DNA of 64,000 nucleotides, from positions 20,832,001 through 20,896,000 of the forward strand of contig NC_090359.1 of the NCBI RefSeq assembly GCF_035084215.1, read 5' to 3'. This DNA comes from Heptranchias perlo. Lineage: Eukaryota. A model generated the notes under the pieces. The model saw only the letters and a program-made list of their open reading frames with translations. It had not been told where the DNA came from and did no database searches. The first letter of the stretch is position 1; each line of letters opens with the position of its first letter. This document shows, piece by piece, positions 1-13,112 of the stretch. The translations under genes were made by a program, and so were the position numbers.

Positions 1-1401
1 ATGTGGAAAATTGCCCAGGTATGTCCTGTCCACAAAAAGCAGGACAAATCCAATCCGGCCAATTACCGCCCCATCAGTCTACTCTCAATCATCAGCAAAG
101 TGTCATCGACAGTGCTATCAAGCGGCACTTACTCGCCAATAACCTGCTCACCGATGCTCAGTTTGGGTTCTGCCAGGACCACTCGGCTCCAGACCTCATT
201 ACAGCCTTGGTCCAAACATGGACAAAAGAGCTGAATTCCAGAGGTGAGGTGAGAGTGACTGCCCTTGACATCAAGGCAGCATTTGACTGAGTGTGGCACC
301 AAGGAGCCCGAGTAAAATTGAAGTCAATGGGAATTAGGGGGAAAACTCTCCAGTGGCTGGAGTCATACCGAGGACAAAGGAAGATTGTAGTGGTTGTTAG
401 AGGCCAATCATCTCAGCCCCAGGACATTGCTGCAGGAGTTCCTCAGTGCAGTGTCCTAGGCCCAACCATATTCAGCTGCTTCATCAATGACCTTCCCTCC
501 ATCATAAGGTCAGAAATGAGGATGTTCGCTGATGATTGCACAGTGTTCAGTTCCATTCGCAACCCCTCAGATAATGAAGCAGTCCGAGCCCGCATGCAGC
601 AACACCTGGACAACATCCAGGCTTGGGCTGATATTTGGCAAGTAACATTCGCTCCAGACAAGGACCATCTCCAACAAGAGAGCATCTAACCACCTCCCCA
701 TGACATTCAACGGCATTACCATCGCTGAATCCCCCACCGTCAACATCCTGGGGATCATCATTGACCAGAAGCTTAACTGGACCAGCCATATAAATACTGT
801 GGCTACAAGAGCAGGTCAGAGGCTGGGTATTCTGTGGCGAGTGACTCACCTTGTGACTCTCCAGGGCATTGCCACCATGTACAAGGCACAAGTCAGGAGT
901 GTGATGGAATACTCTCCACTTGCCTGGATGAGTGCAGCTCCAACAACACTCAAGAAGCTCGACACCATCCAGGACAAAGCAGCCCGCTTAATTGGCACCC
1001 CATCCACCACCCTAAACATTCACGCCCTTCACCACCGACGCACAGTGGCTGCAGTGTGCACCATCCACAGGATGCACTGCAGCAACTCGCCAAGGCTTCT
1101 TCGACAGCACCTCCCGAACCTGCGACCTCTACCACCTGGAAGGACATGGGCAGCAGGCACATGGGAACAACACCACCTGCACGTTCCCCTCCAAGTCACA
1201 CACCATCCCGACTTGGAAATATATCGGCCGTTCCTTCATCATCGCTGGGTCAAAATCCAGGAACTCCCTTCCTAATAGCACTGTGGGAGAACCGTCACCA
1301 CACGGACTGCAGCGGTTCAAGAAGGCGGCTCACCACCACCTTCTCAAGGGCAATAAATGCCGGCCTTGCCAGCGATGCCCATGTCTCATGAACAAATAAA
1401 A
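1..1401 (+). mobile_element. Non-LTR retrotransposon (CR1/L2-group LINE), RT region to 3' end, decayed; truncated by the window edge
   Basis: RT motifs WKIAQVCPVHK, NYRPISLLS, VTALDIKAAFD, GVPQ(C/G)SVLGP and MFADD are split by a frameshift and an in-frame TGA (288-290). A-rich 3' end (aacaaataaaa). Near-identical to 15091-16491. Confidence 0.9.
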
Positions 1402-1725
1402 TGTTAAATTATGAGTACAGGCAACATTGACAAGGCTTTTATCCCCTTGTGCATAGAAGTTTAAGGGGTGATCTTGTCAAGACATTTAAAGGATTTGATG
1501 GGGTAGATATTGATTAAAAGTAGAGGCAGGCCGTTCAGGGGTGATGTCAGGAAGCACTTCTTCACACAAAGGGGAGTGGAAATCTGGAACTCTCCCAAAA
1601 GCTGGTGAAGGGGATTAATTGATAATTTCAAAACTGATCAATAGGCGTATGAAGAGAACCAAGGTGGGTCGATGGGGTTAAGAGATTAGCCATGATCTAA
1701 TTAAATGATAGAATATGATCCTATG
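1402..1725 (+). mobile_element. 3' part of the spacer CR1 element that the LINE inserted into
   Basis: Continues CR1 3' sequence (ttaaggggtgatctt...cttcacacaaaggg...tggaactctc). Homologous to 7780-8160. Confidence 0.75.
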
Positions 1726-2118
1726 ACAAGACCAGCAAATTAACACAAACCAATGTTTAAAATGCTCCCAATCACTAAGAACTTGGCACAGTTCAGTGGG
1801 ACTCAATATCCCCACGGTGAGACGATCAGGGAGCCTGTAGTCAGGCTGGTCAAACTCACACCACAGATACTCAAGACCAGGAGAACCCCTCAAGACCAAT
1901 AAACATTTCATTAACAATGAACGTGGAACATTTGTATAGCTAGTTATTACACTAGTTTTCAGTCAGTAACCAAATGAAATTCACTACAATGAGATTTGTT
2001 CCTCATTCAATCACTTTATTGATTATTTGATAACTGGCACTTATTGTCTGTCTCCAGCCCACACAACATCCAGTGACAAATGAGCAACCAGCCATTAGAA
2101 GATACAAGTAGTCACTGC

Positions 2119-2124
2119 TTTATT
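2119..2124 (-). terminator. Poly(A) signal AATAAA of ZP3 copy 1
   Basis: tttatt on + strand, 13 nt past the stop codon. Present in all four copies. Confidence 0.75.
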
Positions 2125-2137
2125 GGTCATTTGATAA

Positions 2138-4967
2138 CTAGTTGAACTGTGTTTGCTTGTGTTTCCTGTACAGGAACAAGGCGATCAAAGAAGCAGAGAT
2201 CAGAGAGACAGCGCTCACAGTCAGGGCCAAAATCAGGACCACCTCAGACTCCACACCTAAAAAGCAACAAGAAACCAATGGTTAGAGAAGGAAATACTGA
2301 GGGGAAAATGGAAACTAGCAGTCGGCCAACTCACCACCTGGAGACCTCTCCTGCATCCTTTGCTCAACCTCATTAAGGGGCTCAGTTGCCAGGTCTGTCA
2401 CATCAGGATCCAGAATGACCAGGGGTCCAAGTGAGGCCTCACCCTCCCACTTCAATTCAGCATCACTCTCTGCAATATCAAACATTCCAGTTAGAGAGGG
2501 TAAAGGGGGACCTCCAACATAGAGAGGATCAATGTCCTACCAGGTCCAGATACAAGATCCCTCCTTCCTCTGGAATCAAATCGGAATTCCCTCGTGACAC
2601 TGCAGTTGTCCAGATGACAACAGGCACATACATCATTGGTCGATTCTTCCAATGGGGTCCAGCTAAACCAGAGAATCAGTTTATCAACCAGGTTGTGCAT
2701 CACTTCACACAACACATCCCCGTGGGAGAAAGGGAACTTACACATTCTGCATCTTGTGGAAAGTACAAGCTTTGTTCATGGAATCTCTCCGATCCACTGC
2801 AGCAACTTTCAGGTGACAGGTGATGAAAATCTGAGGGACACATTCAATACAAGTTGTTATTCAGTGACTCCCCTCCCAACATGGGGAACCCAATGATCGG
2901 CTTCCTCTTACCAGGGAACGGTCATCTCCAAAGAAACGGAACGCATCCAGGTCAAACTGGAGTTTGTCCAGCTCACGTTCATCTCTGGGCAACACAAAGG
3001 TTGAAAAGGAGTCCTCGGCTTTGCTGTCCAGGAGGCAACTGAAGAGTCAAAAAAAAAGGGCCATGAAGTGAATCAAGTGAAGCCATTGAGAGGAGAGCAG
3101 CTGGAGAAAGCAGAGAGCTCCTTACCCATTGTAGTCAATGATGTTGTATCTTGGGGTGGAATCCTTGTCTGGGCTCAATGTAGCTGCACAGCTGTCAATG
3201 TAGAGCTTCAGGGGCATGTGGTTGGTCATTGAAACAGAGGCCTCAATGTGAATGAGGTCACCCAGGTAGTAGACAGTCGAGGTGCGCTCTGTAAGCCAAT
3301 CATCTGATGAACAAGAGTTGGAGTCAGTGGGTGTAACTCCCATTGGACAACGACAGGAAAGTCCTCCCCGTCCACCCATCACATACCATTCATTAGACGC
3401 AGTGAGAATGACAGAAGCCCTTCTCCAGACTTGGTCGAGCTGAATGGGATCCAGGTGGGCTTGATGGGGTTACTGCTCACATTGCCCTTCCTGGAAAGGA
3501 CAGTGGACTCATTTTAGGATAAGTTCAGAGAACTACAGCAGCTGTAGATCAGATTTGCGACAGAGTAAAGATTCTTACCTCAAATAGTGGCACTGGATGG
3601 GAATGACAGCTCCATTCGTTCTCACAATGACTGATCCACCAGCATTTGGGGTGTGGTTCAGGTGGGTGGTGTAGACCAGGAAATCTCCAGCCATCTGAAA
3701 GACATCAGGTGAAGGAATGAAGAGCTGGTCTCATTGGACAAAAGCTATTTCTGGTCATTTTCCTGCCCTGTTAAGCAGCAGTTTGAGGGGTTTCAGTTGC
3801 TCCCCAATGACACATAATTGAAGCAGCTCCACCATTGAGTGAAGTTGCCTGGAGCAGCCTCTGTTACTCTGCTCAGTCCACCTTCTATTACAGGGGACTT
3901 CAGGCCTGCAGTCAGAAACCCTGAAATGATTTGGCTCGGCCAGGTTAGATGAGAATTCTACCCTATATAGAATAGAGCTTCCACCGTAAGGGGCTTCAAT
4001 TGACCCCTGGGATGGAGCACTAAACACAACATCACTTTTAAACCTCATCTGTGTCCGTGGAATCACGGAGGGGGTCGGCAGGTCTAAGAACCAAAAGTGG
4101 AGTTCCCCTTTAATACATTGTAGCCCAATTATCCCACTAGTTTAGTCTTTCAAGAGAAGTCCCAACAGGTTCGACAACACTGAACATCCATTGACCTGAA
4201 GTTGAGGCAACAGACCAGAATATCCATGAGAAGGAAAAGGATAAATCTACAGAGGCACAAAAGGAAGGACTTGTTTGGGGAAATGTAGGTGAAGGTGCAA
4301 GGCCAATAGAATTGAAAATCAAAGTTAGAGAATAGGAAAGACCAGTTAAAGAAAGTTGTAGAGTCTTGGAGACAAATTAGAATCTTTTAAAGATAAAAGA
4401 AAAGAGACATGTTAACAAAGTAGTTTCACACAGGGCGATAGTTAACATTGCAAGAACCTGTACAGGGATTGGAGGAAGAGTTCAGGGATCTCCTCAAACT
4501 AAGTGGCTGGAGTTTCACCCGATGTTCATGAGTTCAGAGTGAGGAGTAATCTACACAGGGAAATTGGAGCAAGAGTTGAGGAATCACATTACCTGCAATC
4601 TGCTGCCACATTCATGGAGCCCATAGTCAAAGAGGACAGTGTGGTTCTGAGAGTAGATCCCAGTTGGCCGACAACCTGCTGTCCCCAGGGTCAGGTCAGC
4701 AGCTTTAATCAGGTGCCTGGTTCTAAATAAATCCATGTCTACCCTCACCAGGAGGTTCTGCTCTCCACACTGCACCATCACAGTCTGCAGTGGGGACAGA
4801 CTTCTCCCCTCAGACAGGCTGAAATGGGAACCAAAGGGAGGGGCAGGAGTGGCCTTCTCAATGTTCCATGGGAAGTCCCTGTTTCTAAACCGCTGCCAAG
4901 TATCAGAGCAACAAACAGCTCCGACCAAAACCAACAGAGAAACCAAACCCTTCACTAGTTGCCCCAT
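2138..4967 (-). CDS. ZP3: Zona pellucida sperm-binding protein 3-like, copy 1 (9 exons, 454 aa)
   Basis: GT-AG exons 4967-4593, 3694-3579, 3490-3387, 3303-3126, 3038-2912, 2830-2742, 2662-2541, 2469-2335 and 2256-2138 join in frame (1365 nt). Signal peptide; ZP-N (VMVQCGE...DLTLG..GC...LHECGS; IPIQCHY); linker [14 protein letters not shown]; ZP-C ([40 protein letters not shown]); furin site RGRR; external hydrophobic patch SLGPLVIL; TM helix; TAG. Confidence 0.95.
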
Positions 4968-5017
4968 AATACAAACTATTACAGCTCAACTGGGAACTGA
5001 AGGGAGTCACTGATCCC

Positions 5018-5071
5018 TTTTATACACAGCCTGTAGTCAGTCACCTGACACCAATTGGATAAACGACCAAT
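5018..5071 (-). promoter_or_regulatory. ZP3 proximal promoter: TATA box, E-box, CCAAT boxes (same in copies 2 and 3)
   Basis: TATAAAA 5018-5024 about 50 nt upstream of the ATG, CAGGTG 5042-5047, palindromic CCAATTGG 5051-5058, CCAAT 5067-5071. The first three are also conserved in the divergent copy-4 promoter. Confidence 0.75.
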
Positions 5072-5205
5072 AGACTAATCTCATGACATCTTCCAACAAT
5101 CTCACTCATTGGTTGGTCTCGCAAAAGATGTTCACACGGAGAGACTGGGTTAGTGATTGGGAGATGATCCAATGGAATTAGTCCAGGTTGCAGACAATCT
5201 GGGTC

Positions 5206-5612
5206 TCCTCTTCTTGTGTAACCATCATAAAACCCCCCCGAACAACCAATCTCAACTAAAGTGCCCCCTTCTGAGAGGGGCACAAACGATAATCACCCAA
5301 ATCATAAAAAAACAAAGGAAACTTATCAAATTCAATCATAATACTGAACGATAGGGGCTCCGGTCCCTTTCGGTGCCCACCGGTCACGGAAAGCCTCGAG
5401 CGTACCGGCAAACACCGCGTGCTCCCTCTCCAGGGGTCACCCGGGCGCGGAGAACGCCGCAGAAGAGAGGCAGACAGTCGGAGAGACCGTCCCCCCACGG
5501 GCCGCGTCCAACCTGGACCTGTGGATGGTCACCTTGGCCAGGCCCAGGAGCAGGCCCACGAGGAGATCCTTCGACCTGCCCGCCCCCCCCTTCCTCACTG
5601 GGTGGCCCCAAT
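5206..5612 (-). mobile_element. Tx1-clade LINE 3' end (ORF2 C-terminus + 3' UTR); repeated at ~11634-12040 and ~20353-20758
   Basis: Minus-strand peptides SKDLLVGLLLGLAKVTIHRSR and DCLPLFRGVLRARV resemble Tx1 ORF2 C-termini. Homologous to 28470-28620 (+). Confidence 0.7.
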
Positions 5613-5962
5613 CCAGAGACTTGAGCACATTATCCAGGCCGACACCCCCAGTGCCCGTACTGAGGGAGTGCTGCACTGTCGGAGGGGCCGCCTTTCCGTT
5701 GAGATGTTAAATGGAGGCCCCTCTCAGGTGGACATTAAAGATCCCACGCCCTCTATTTCGAAGAAGAGAGAGGAGTTCTCCCCGTGTCCTGGCCAATATT
5801 TATCCCTCAACCATCATCACTAAAACAGATGATCTGGTCATTATTTCATTGCTGTTTGTGGGATCTTGCTGTGCGCAAATTGGCTGCTGTGTTTTCCACA
5901 TTACAACAGTGACTGCACTTCAAAATGTACTTCATTGGCTGTAAAACGCTTTGGGACGTCCT
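5612..5962 (+). mobile_element. Deu-domain SINE (SacSINE1/AmnSINE1-like), 5'-truncated; repeated at ~12040-12390 and ~20758-21108
   Basis: Diagnostic core gggatcttgctgtgcgcaaattggctgc...cattacaacagtgac...cttcattggctgtaaa. Confidence 0.8.
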
Positions 5963-6069
5963 GTAGTTCGATCAAGTGACTGCTCCTCCTGTGCGATCGG
6001 AGACAGCAAGTGTCAGAAGGCTTGTCCCAGTCTGTATATCACCCCAAACCCCACCCTTAGTGTTTTGTT

Positions 6070-6225
6070 AAGTGTGGTCACTGTTGTAATGTAGGAAACG
6101 CAGCACCCAATTTGCGCACAGCAAGATCCCACAAACAGCAATGTGATAAATGACCAGATAATCTGGACACCAGGGAGAACTCCCCCGCTCTCCTTCAAAA
6201 TAGTGTCTGCAGGGGGTCTTGCTAT
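6070..6225 (-). mobile_element. Deu-domain SINE fragment, antisense; repeated at ~12497-12655 and ~21213-21370
   Basis: Reverse complement of the same SINE core (gtcactgttgtaatgtagg...aatttgcgcacagcaagatcccac). Confidence 0.75.
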
Positions 6226-6500
6226 GAGAAAATACAATGTGGATTGGTTCACATAAAAAATAGGAGAAGGAGTAGGCCATTCGGCCCAGATAACAGCTTC
6301 TATAATTCTGCGTATGTGTTGGAAGGCTGGAGAAGGCAGGTTATAAATGCACAGCCATCGTTTGTATGTTGTGCTCGAGACTTTGTGCAAACTCTCAGTA
6401 AACCCGGGTGAGACTGTCAGACTTTTCCTTTGTTGTCCCGGCGTCTCTCTGCATTCACAGTAATAAGTTAATATTCACAAGAGTTTGCATACAGGGGACA

Positions 6501-6650
6501 GTGACCGGGCAGTGCCCGGCTCCTGCGGTGACCGGGCAGTGCCCGGCTCCTGCCGTGACCGGGCAGTGCCCGGCTCCTGTAGTGACCGGGCAGTGCCCGG
6601 CTCCTGTAGTGACCGGGCAGTGCCCAGCTCCTGTGGTGACCGGGCAGTCC
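6501..6650. repeat. 27-bp minisatellite, 6 units (last partial)
   Basis: Unit gtgaccgggcagtgcccggctcctgta, containing the inverted repeat ccgggca-g-tgcccgg. Confidence 0.95.
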
Positions 6651-6727
6651 CACTAGGGGGACAAGGACGTGCTCATTATAATTGGTGTGGGTGCTGTGCC
6701 ACCTGCTGTTGGAGACCCAGTACTGTA
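6650..6727. promoter_or_regulatory. Convergent pair of CTCF-like motifs, spacer 1
   Basis: + core CCACTAGGGGGACA 6650-6663. - core ACAGCAGGTGGCAC 6696-6709 with upstream TACAGTACT 9 nt away. Motif match only. Confidence 0.55.
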
Positions 6728-6954
6728 ACTGAATCACAATTGGGCCCCGTCTGTTTCGTGGGTCGTTTGCTCTTTTTATATAAAAGATGTAGATTCCACA
6801 CTGATGTCACATCGAGATGTTTAGCAACTCAAGGGGATGCCTCCTTCGCAGGGGCACTTTTTATTGGAGATACGATTCCTCAGGAATTGTCCCCTTGGAT
6901 TGGAAAATTGCCAATGTCAATCCATTATTGGGAGGAGAGATAATGAGAGACATT

Positions 6955-8160
6955 AATCGACTGGAATCTGTTGTCAGGGGCAGTGACTGAGCACTTGGAT
7001 AAAGATGGAGCCAGCATGGATTGTAAAGGATAAGTCATGTTTAACAAACCCAGTTAAATTTGTTGAGGTCACTAACGGGGTCGATGAGGGAATATCCATG
7101 GATGTTATTTATGTGGAATTCCAGGAGGCATTCGATAGCGTTCCACATAAGAGACTAGTCACAAAAATGAGAAATATCTGGAATTGGAGGCAACCTATTG
7201 ATGAGGGTAGAGAATTGGTTAGGAGACAGGGTGGGGATAATGGGTCCGTACTCAAATTGGCAGGATGTGACCAGTGGTGACCCCCAGGGATCTGTACTGG
7301 GGGCCTCAGCTTTTCACTCTATTTATAACGGACTTGGATGAAGGAATAGAGAGCTGTATGTCCAAGTTTGCTGATGACACTAAGTGAGGTGACACAATAA
7401 TTAGTGTAGACGGGAGCAGAAAGTTTCAAAGGGACATTGATAGATTAAGTGAGTGGGCAAAACCGTGGCAGGTGGAGTTCACCATGGGGGGAGGGTGAGG
7501 TCACCCACTTTACACCCAAGAAAGATCAGAGTATTTTCAAAATGGTGAGAAGCTCGGAACTGTGGAGGAGCAGAGAGATTGAGGGGTCCCTGTACAGGAA
7601 TCACTAAAAGCTAGTGGACAGGTACCAAAAATAATTTAGCAGGCTAAAGGAATGTTGGTCTTTATCTCAAGAGGGATGGAAGTTATGCTACAGTTATATA
7701 AAGCTCTGGTCAGACCCCATTTAAATACTGCGTTCAGTTCTGGGTAGCGAAGCTCAGGAAGGATACTGGAGCTAAAAGGGTTAAGTTATGAGGACAGGTT
7801 GCACAAACTAGGCTTGTATTCCCTTGTCTGCAGAAGGTAAAGGGGTGATTTAATTGAGATGTTTAAGATGATTGAAGGATTTGATGGGGATGAGAGAGAG
7901 AAACTATTCAGACTGGTCAGGAGAGTCCGGAACAAAGGCGCATAACCTTAAAATTAGAACTAGGAAGCACTTCACACAAAGGGGAGTGGAAATCTCGAAT
8001 TTTCTCCCAAAAGCTGGTGAAGGGGATTAATTGAGAATTTCAAAACTGAACAATGGGTGTGTGTTAGGTAAGGGTATTGAGGGTTTATGGAACCAAGGTG
8101 GGTCGATGGGGGTTGACAGATTAGCCATGATCTAATTGAATGGTAGAACATGATCCTATG
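6955..8160 (+). mobile_element. Decayed CR1 LINE 3' region, short-spacer form
   Basis: Remnant RT peptides KSCLTN, DVIYVEFQEAFDSVPHKRL, GSVLG, ISKFADDTK, and CR1 3' tail. Confidence 0.85.
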
Positions 8161-8550
8161 ACAAGACCAGCAAATTAACATCAATTTACAAAATGCTCCC
8201 AATCACTGAGAACTTGGCACAGTTCAGTGGGACTCAACATCCCCACGGTCAGAGGATCAGGGAGACGACAGTCAGGCTGGTCAAACTCACACCACAGATA
8301 CTCAAGACCAGGAGAACCCCTCAAGACCAATAAACATTTCATTAACAATGAACATGGAACATTTGTATAGCTAGTTATTACACTAGTCTTCAGTCAGTAA
8401 CCAAATCAAATTCACTGCAATGAGATTTGTTCCTCATTCAATCACTTTATTGATTATTTGATAACTGGCACTTATTGTCTGTCTCCAGCCCACACAACAT
8501 CCAGTGACAAATGAGCAACCAGCCATTAGAAGATACAAGTAGTCACTGCT

Positions 8551-11395
8551 TTATTGGTCATTTGATAACGAGTTGGACTGGGTTTGCTTGTGTTTCCTGT
8601 ACAGGAACAAGGCGATCAAAGAAGCAGAGATCAGAGAGACAGCGGTCACAGTCAGGGCCAAGATCAGGACCACCTCAGACTCCACACCTAAAAAGCAACA
8701 AGAAACCAATGGTTAGAGAAGGAAATACTGAGGGGAAAATGGAAACGAGCAGTCGGCCAACTCACCACCTGGAGACCTCTCCTGCATCCTTTGCTCAACC
8801 TCATTCAGGGGCTCAGTTGCCAGGTCTGTCACATCAGGATCCAGAATGACCAGGGGTCCAAGTGAGGCCTCACCCTCCCACTTCAATTCAGCATCACTCT
8901 CTGCAATATCAAACATTCCAGTTAGAGGGGGTAAAGGGGGACCTCCAACATAGAGAGGATCAATGTCCTACCAGGTCCAGATACAAGATCCCTCCTTCCT
9001 CTGGAATCAAATCGGAATTCCCTCGTGACACCGCAGTTGCCCAGATGACAACAGGCACATATGTCATTGGTCGATTCTTCCAATGGGATCCAGCTAAACC
9101 AGAGAATCAGTTTATCAACCAGGTTGTGCATCACTTCACACAACACATCCCCGTGGGAGAAAGGGAACTTACACATTCTGCATCTTGTGGAAAGTACAAG
9201 CTTTGTTCATGGAATCTCTCCGATCCACTGCAGCAACTTTCAGGTGACAGGTGATGAAAATCTGAGGGACACATTCAATACAAGTTGTTATTCAGTGACT
9301 CCCCTCCCAACATGGGGAACCCAATGATTGGCTTCCTCTTACCAAGGAACGGTCATCTCCAAAGAAACGGAACGCATCCAGGTCAAACTGGAGTTTGTCC
9401 AGCTCACGTTCATCTCTGGGCAACACAAAGGTTGAAAAGGAGTCCTCGGCTTTGCTGTCCAGGAGGCAACTGAAGATTAAAAAAAAGGGCCATGAAGTGA
9501 ATCAAGTGAAGCCATTGAGAGGAGAGCAGCTGGAGAAAGCAGAGAGCTCCTTACCCATGGTAGTCAATGATGTTGTATCTTGGGGTGGAATCCTTGTCTG
9601 GGCTCAATGTAGCTGCACAGCTGTCAATGTAGAGCTTCAGGGGCATGTGGTTGGTCATTGAAACAGAGGCCTCAATGTGAATGAGGTCACCCAGGTAGTA
9701 GACAGTCGAGGTGCGCTCTGTAAGCCAATCATCTGATGAACAAGAGTTGGAGTCAGTGGGTGTAACTCCCATTGGACAACGACAGGAAAGCCCTCCCCGT
9801 CCACCCATCACATACCATTCATTAGACGCAGTGAGAATGACAGAAGCCCTTCTCCAGACTTGGTCGAGCTGAAGGGGATCCAAGTGGGCTTGATGGGGTT
9901 ACTGCTCACATTGCCCTTCCTGGAAAGGACAGTGGACTCATTTTAGGACAAGTTCAGAGCACTACAGCAGCAGATGATCAGATTTGCAACAGAGTAAAGA
10001 TTCTTACCTCAAATAGTGGCACTGGATGGGAATGACAGCTCCATTAGTTCTCACAATGACTGATCCACCAGCATTTGGGGTGTGGTTCAGGTGGGTGGTG
10101 TAGACCAGGAAATCTCCAGCCATCTGAAAGACATCAGGTGAAGGAATGAAGAGCTGGTCTCATTGGACAAAAGCTATTTCTGGTCATTTTCCTGCCCTGT
10201 TAAGCAGCAGTTTGAGGTGTTTCAGTTGCTCCCCAATGACACATGATTGAAGCAGCTCCACCATTGAGCAAAGTTGCCTGGAGCAGCCTCTGTTACTCTG
10301 CTCAGTCCACCTTCTATTACAGGGGACTTCAGGCCTGCAGTCAGAAACCCTGAAATGATTTGGCTCGGCCAGGTTAGATGAGAATTCTACCCTATATAGA
10401 ATAGAGCTTCCACCGTAAGGGGCTTCAGTTGACCCCTGGGATGGAGCACCAAACACAACATCACTTTTAAACCTCATCTGTGTCCGTGGAATCATGGAGG
10501 GCGTCGGCAGGTCTAAGAACCAAAAGTGGAGTTCCCTTTAATACATTGTAGACCAATTATCCCACTAGTTTAGTCTTTCAAGAGAAGTCCCAACAGGTTC
10601 GACAACACTGAACATCCATTGACCTGAAGTTGAGGCAACAGACCAGAATATCCATGAGAAGGAAAAGGATAAATCTGCAGAGGAACAAAAGGAAGGACTT
10701 GTTTGGGGAAATGTAGGTGAAGGTGCAAGGCCAATAGAATTGAAAATCAAAGTTAGAGAATGGGAAAGACTGGTTAAAGAAAGTTGTAGAGTCTTGGAGA
10801 CAAATTAGAATCTTTTAAAAATAAAAGATAAGAGACATGTCAACAAAGTAGTTTCACACAGGGTGATAGTTAACATGTCAAGAACCTGTACAGGGATTGG
10901 AGGAAGAGTTCAGGGATCTCCTCAAACTAAGTGGCTGGAGTTTCACCCAATGTGAATGAGTTCAGAGTGAGGAGTAATCTACACAGGGAAATTGGAGCAA
11001 GAGTTGAGGAATCACATTACCTGCAATCTGCTGCCACATTCATGGAGCCCATAGTCAAAGAGGACGGTGTGGTTCTGAGAGTAGATCCCAGTTGGCCGAC
11101 AACCTGCTGTCCCCAGGGTCAGGTCAGCAGCTTTAATCAGGTGCCTGGTTCTAAATAAATCCATGTCTACCCTCACCAGCAGGTTCTGCTCTCCACACTG
11201 CACCATCACAGTCTGCAGTGGGGACAGACTTCTCCCCTCAGACAGGCTGAAATGGGAACCAAAGGGAGGGGCAGGAGTGGCCTTCTCAATGTTCCATGGG
11301 AAGTCCCTGTTTCTAAACCGCTGCCAAGTATCAGAGCAACAAACAGCTCCGACCAAAACCAACAGAGAAACCAAACCCTTCACTAGTTGCCCCAT
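8551..11395 (-). CDS. ZP3: ZP3-like, copy 2 (9 exons, 460 aa; stop-loss extension)
   Basis: Exons 11395-11021, 10123-10008, 9919-9816, 9732-9555, 9469-9343, 9261-9173, 9093-8972, 8900-8766, 8687-8551. The usual TAG is TCG (8569-8571), so the ORF reads on to TAA at 8551-8553. Confidence 0.92.
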
Positions 11396-12909
11396 AATAC
11401 AAACTATTACAGCTCAACTGGGAACTGAAGGGAGTCACTGATCCCTTTTATACACAGCCTGTAGTCAGTCACCTGACACCAATTGGATAAACGACCAATA
11501 GACTAATCTCATGACATCTTCCAACAATCTCACTCATTGGTTGGTCTCGCAAAAGATCTTCACACGGAGAGACTGGGTTAGTGATTGGGAGATGATCCAA
11601 TGGAATTAGTCCAGGTTGCAGACAATCTGGGTCTCCTCTTCTTGTGTAACCATCATAAAAACCCCCCGAACAACCAATCTCAACTAAAGTGCCCCCTCCT
11701 GAGAGGGGCTCAAACGATAATCACCCAAATCATAAAAAAACAAAGGAAACTTATCAAATTCAATCATAATACTGAACGATAGGCGCTCCGGTCCCTGCGG
11801 TGCCCACCGGCCGCGGAAAGCCTCGAGCGTACCGGCAAACACCGCGTGCTCCCTCTCCAGGGGTCACCCGGGCGCAGAGAACGCCGCGGAAGAGAGGCAG
11901 ACAGTCGGAGAGACCGTCCCCCCACGGGCCGCGTCCAACCTGGACCTGTGGATGGTCACCTTGGCCAGGCCCAGGAGCAGGCCCACGAGGAGATCCTTCG
12001 ACCTGCCCGCCCCCCCCCTTCCTCACTGGGTGGCCCCAATCCAGAGACTTGAGCACATTATCCAGGCTGACACCCCCAGTGCCCGTACTGAGGGAGTGCT
12101 GCACTGTCGGAGGGGCCGTCTTTCAGTTGAGATGTTAAACGGAGGCCCCTCTCAGGTGGACGTAAAAGATCCCACGCCCTCTATTTCGAAGAAGAGAGAG
12201 GAGTTCTCCCCGTGTCCTGGGCCAATATTTATCACTCAACCATCATCACTAAAACAGATGATCTGGTCATTATCTCATTGCTGTTTGTGGGATCTTGCTG
12301 TGCGCAAATTGGCTGCTGCGTTTCCCACATTACAACAGTGACTGCACTTCAAAATGTACTTCATTGGCTGTAAAACGCTTTGGGAAGCCCTGTAGTTTGA
12401 TCAAGTGACTGCTCCTCCTGTGCGATCGGAGACAGCAAGTGTCAGAAGGCTTGTCCCAGTCTGTATATCCCCCCACACCCCACCCTTAGTATTTTGTTAA
12501 GTGTAGTCACTGTTGTAATGTAGGAAACGCAGCACCCAATTTGCGCACAGCAAGATCCCACAAACAGCAATGTGATAAATGACCAGATAATCTGGACACC
12601 AGAGAGAACTCCCCCGCTCTCCTTCGAAATAGTGTCTGCAGGGGGTCTTGCTGTGAGAAAATACAATGTCGATTGGTTTACATAGAAAATAGGAGCAGGA
12701 GTAGGCCATTCGGCCCAGATAACAGCTTCTATAATTCTGCGTACGTATTGGGAGGCTGGAGAAGGCAGGTTATAAATGCACAGCCATCGTTTGTATGTTG
12801 TGCTCGAGACTTTGTGCAAACTCTCAGTAAACCCGGGTGAGACTGTCAGACTTTTCCTTTGTTGTCCCGGCGTCTCTCTGTATTCACAAGAGTTTTCACA
12901 CAGGGGACA

Positions 12910-13112
12910 GTGCCCAGACAGTGCCCAGCTCCTGTATTGACCGGGCAGTGCCCGGCTCCTGCAGTGACCGGGCAGTGCCCAGCTCGTGTATTGACCGGGC
13001 AGTGCCCAGCTCCTGTAGTGACCGGGCAGTGCCCGGCTCCAGCAGTGACCGGGCAGTGTCCGGCTCCAGCAGTGACCGGGCAGTGCCCGGCTCCTGCAGT
13101 GACCGGGCAGTG
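12910..13112. repeat. 27-bp minisatellite, 8 units
   Basis: Same unit as 6501-6650. Confidence 0.95.

Noticed and set aside
2431-2823. Plus-strand 130-aa ORF repeated in all four units
   Set aside because: Antisense to ZP3 exons 6-8; its conservation just reflects unit duplication.
3755-4066. 103-aa ORF in ZP3 intron 1
   Set aside because: Absent from the ORF track in copy 3, has no recognisable domain, and exons 1-2 join in frame without it.
6772-6786. Near-palindromic TATA-like ctttttatataaaag in each spacer
   Set aside because: No associated exon or ORF; may be chance AT-rich sequence copied with the unit.
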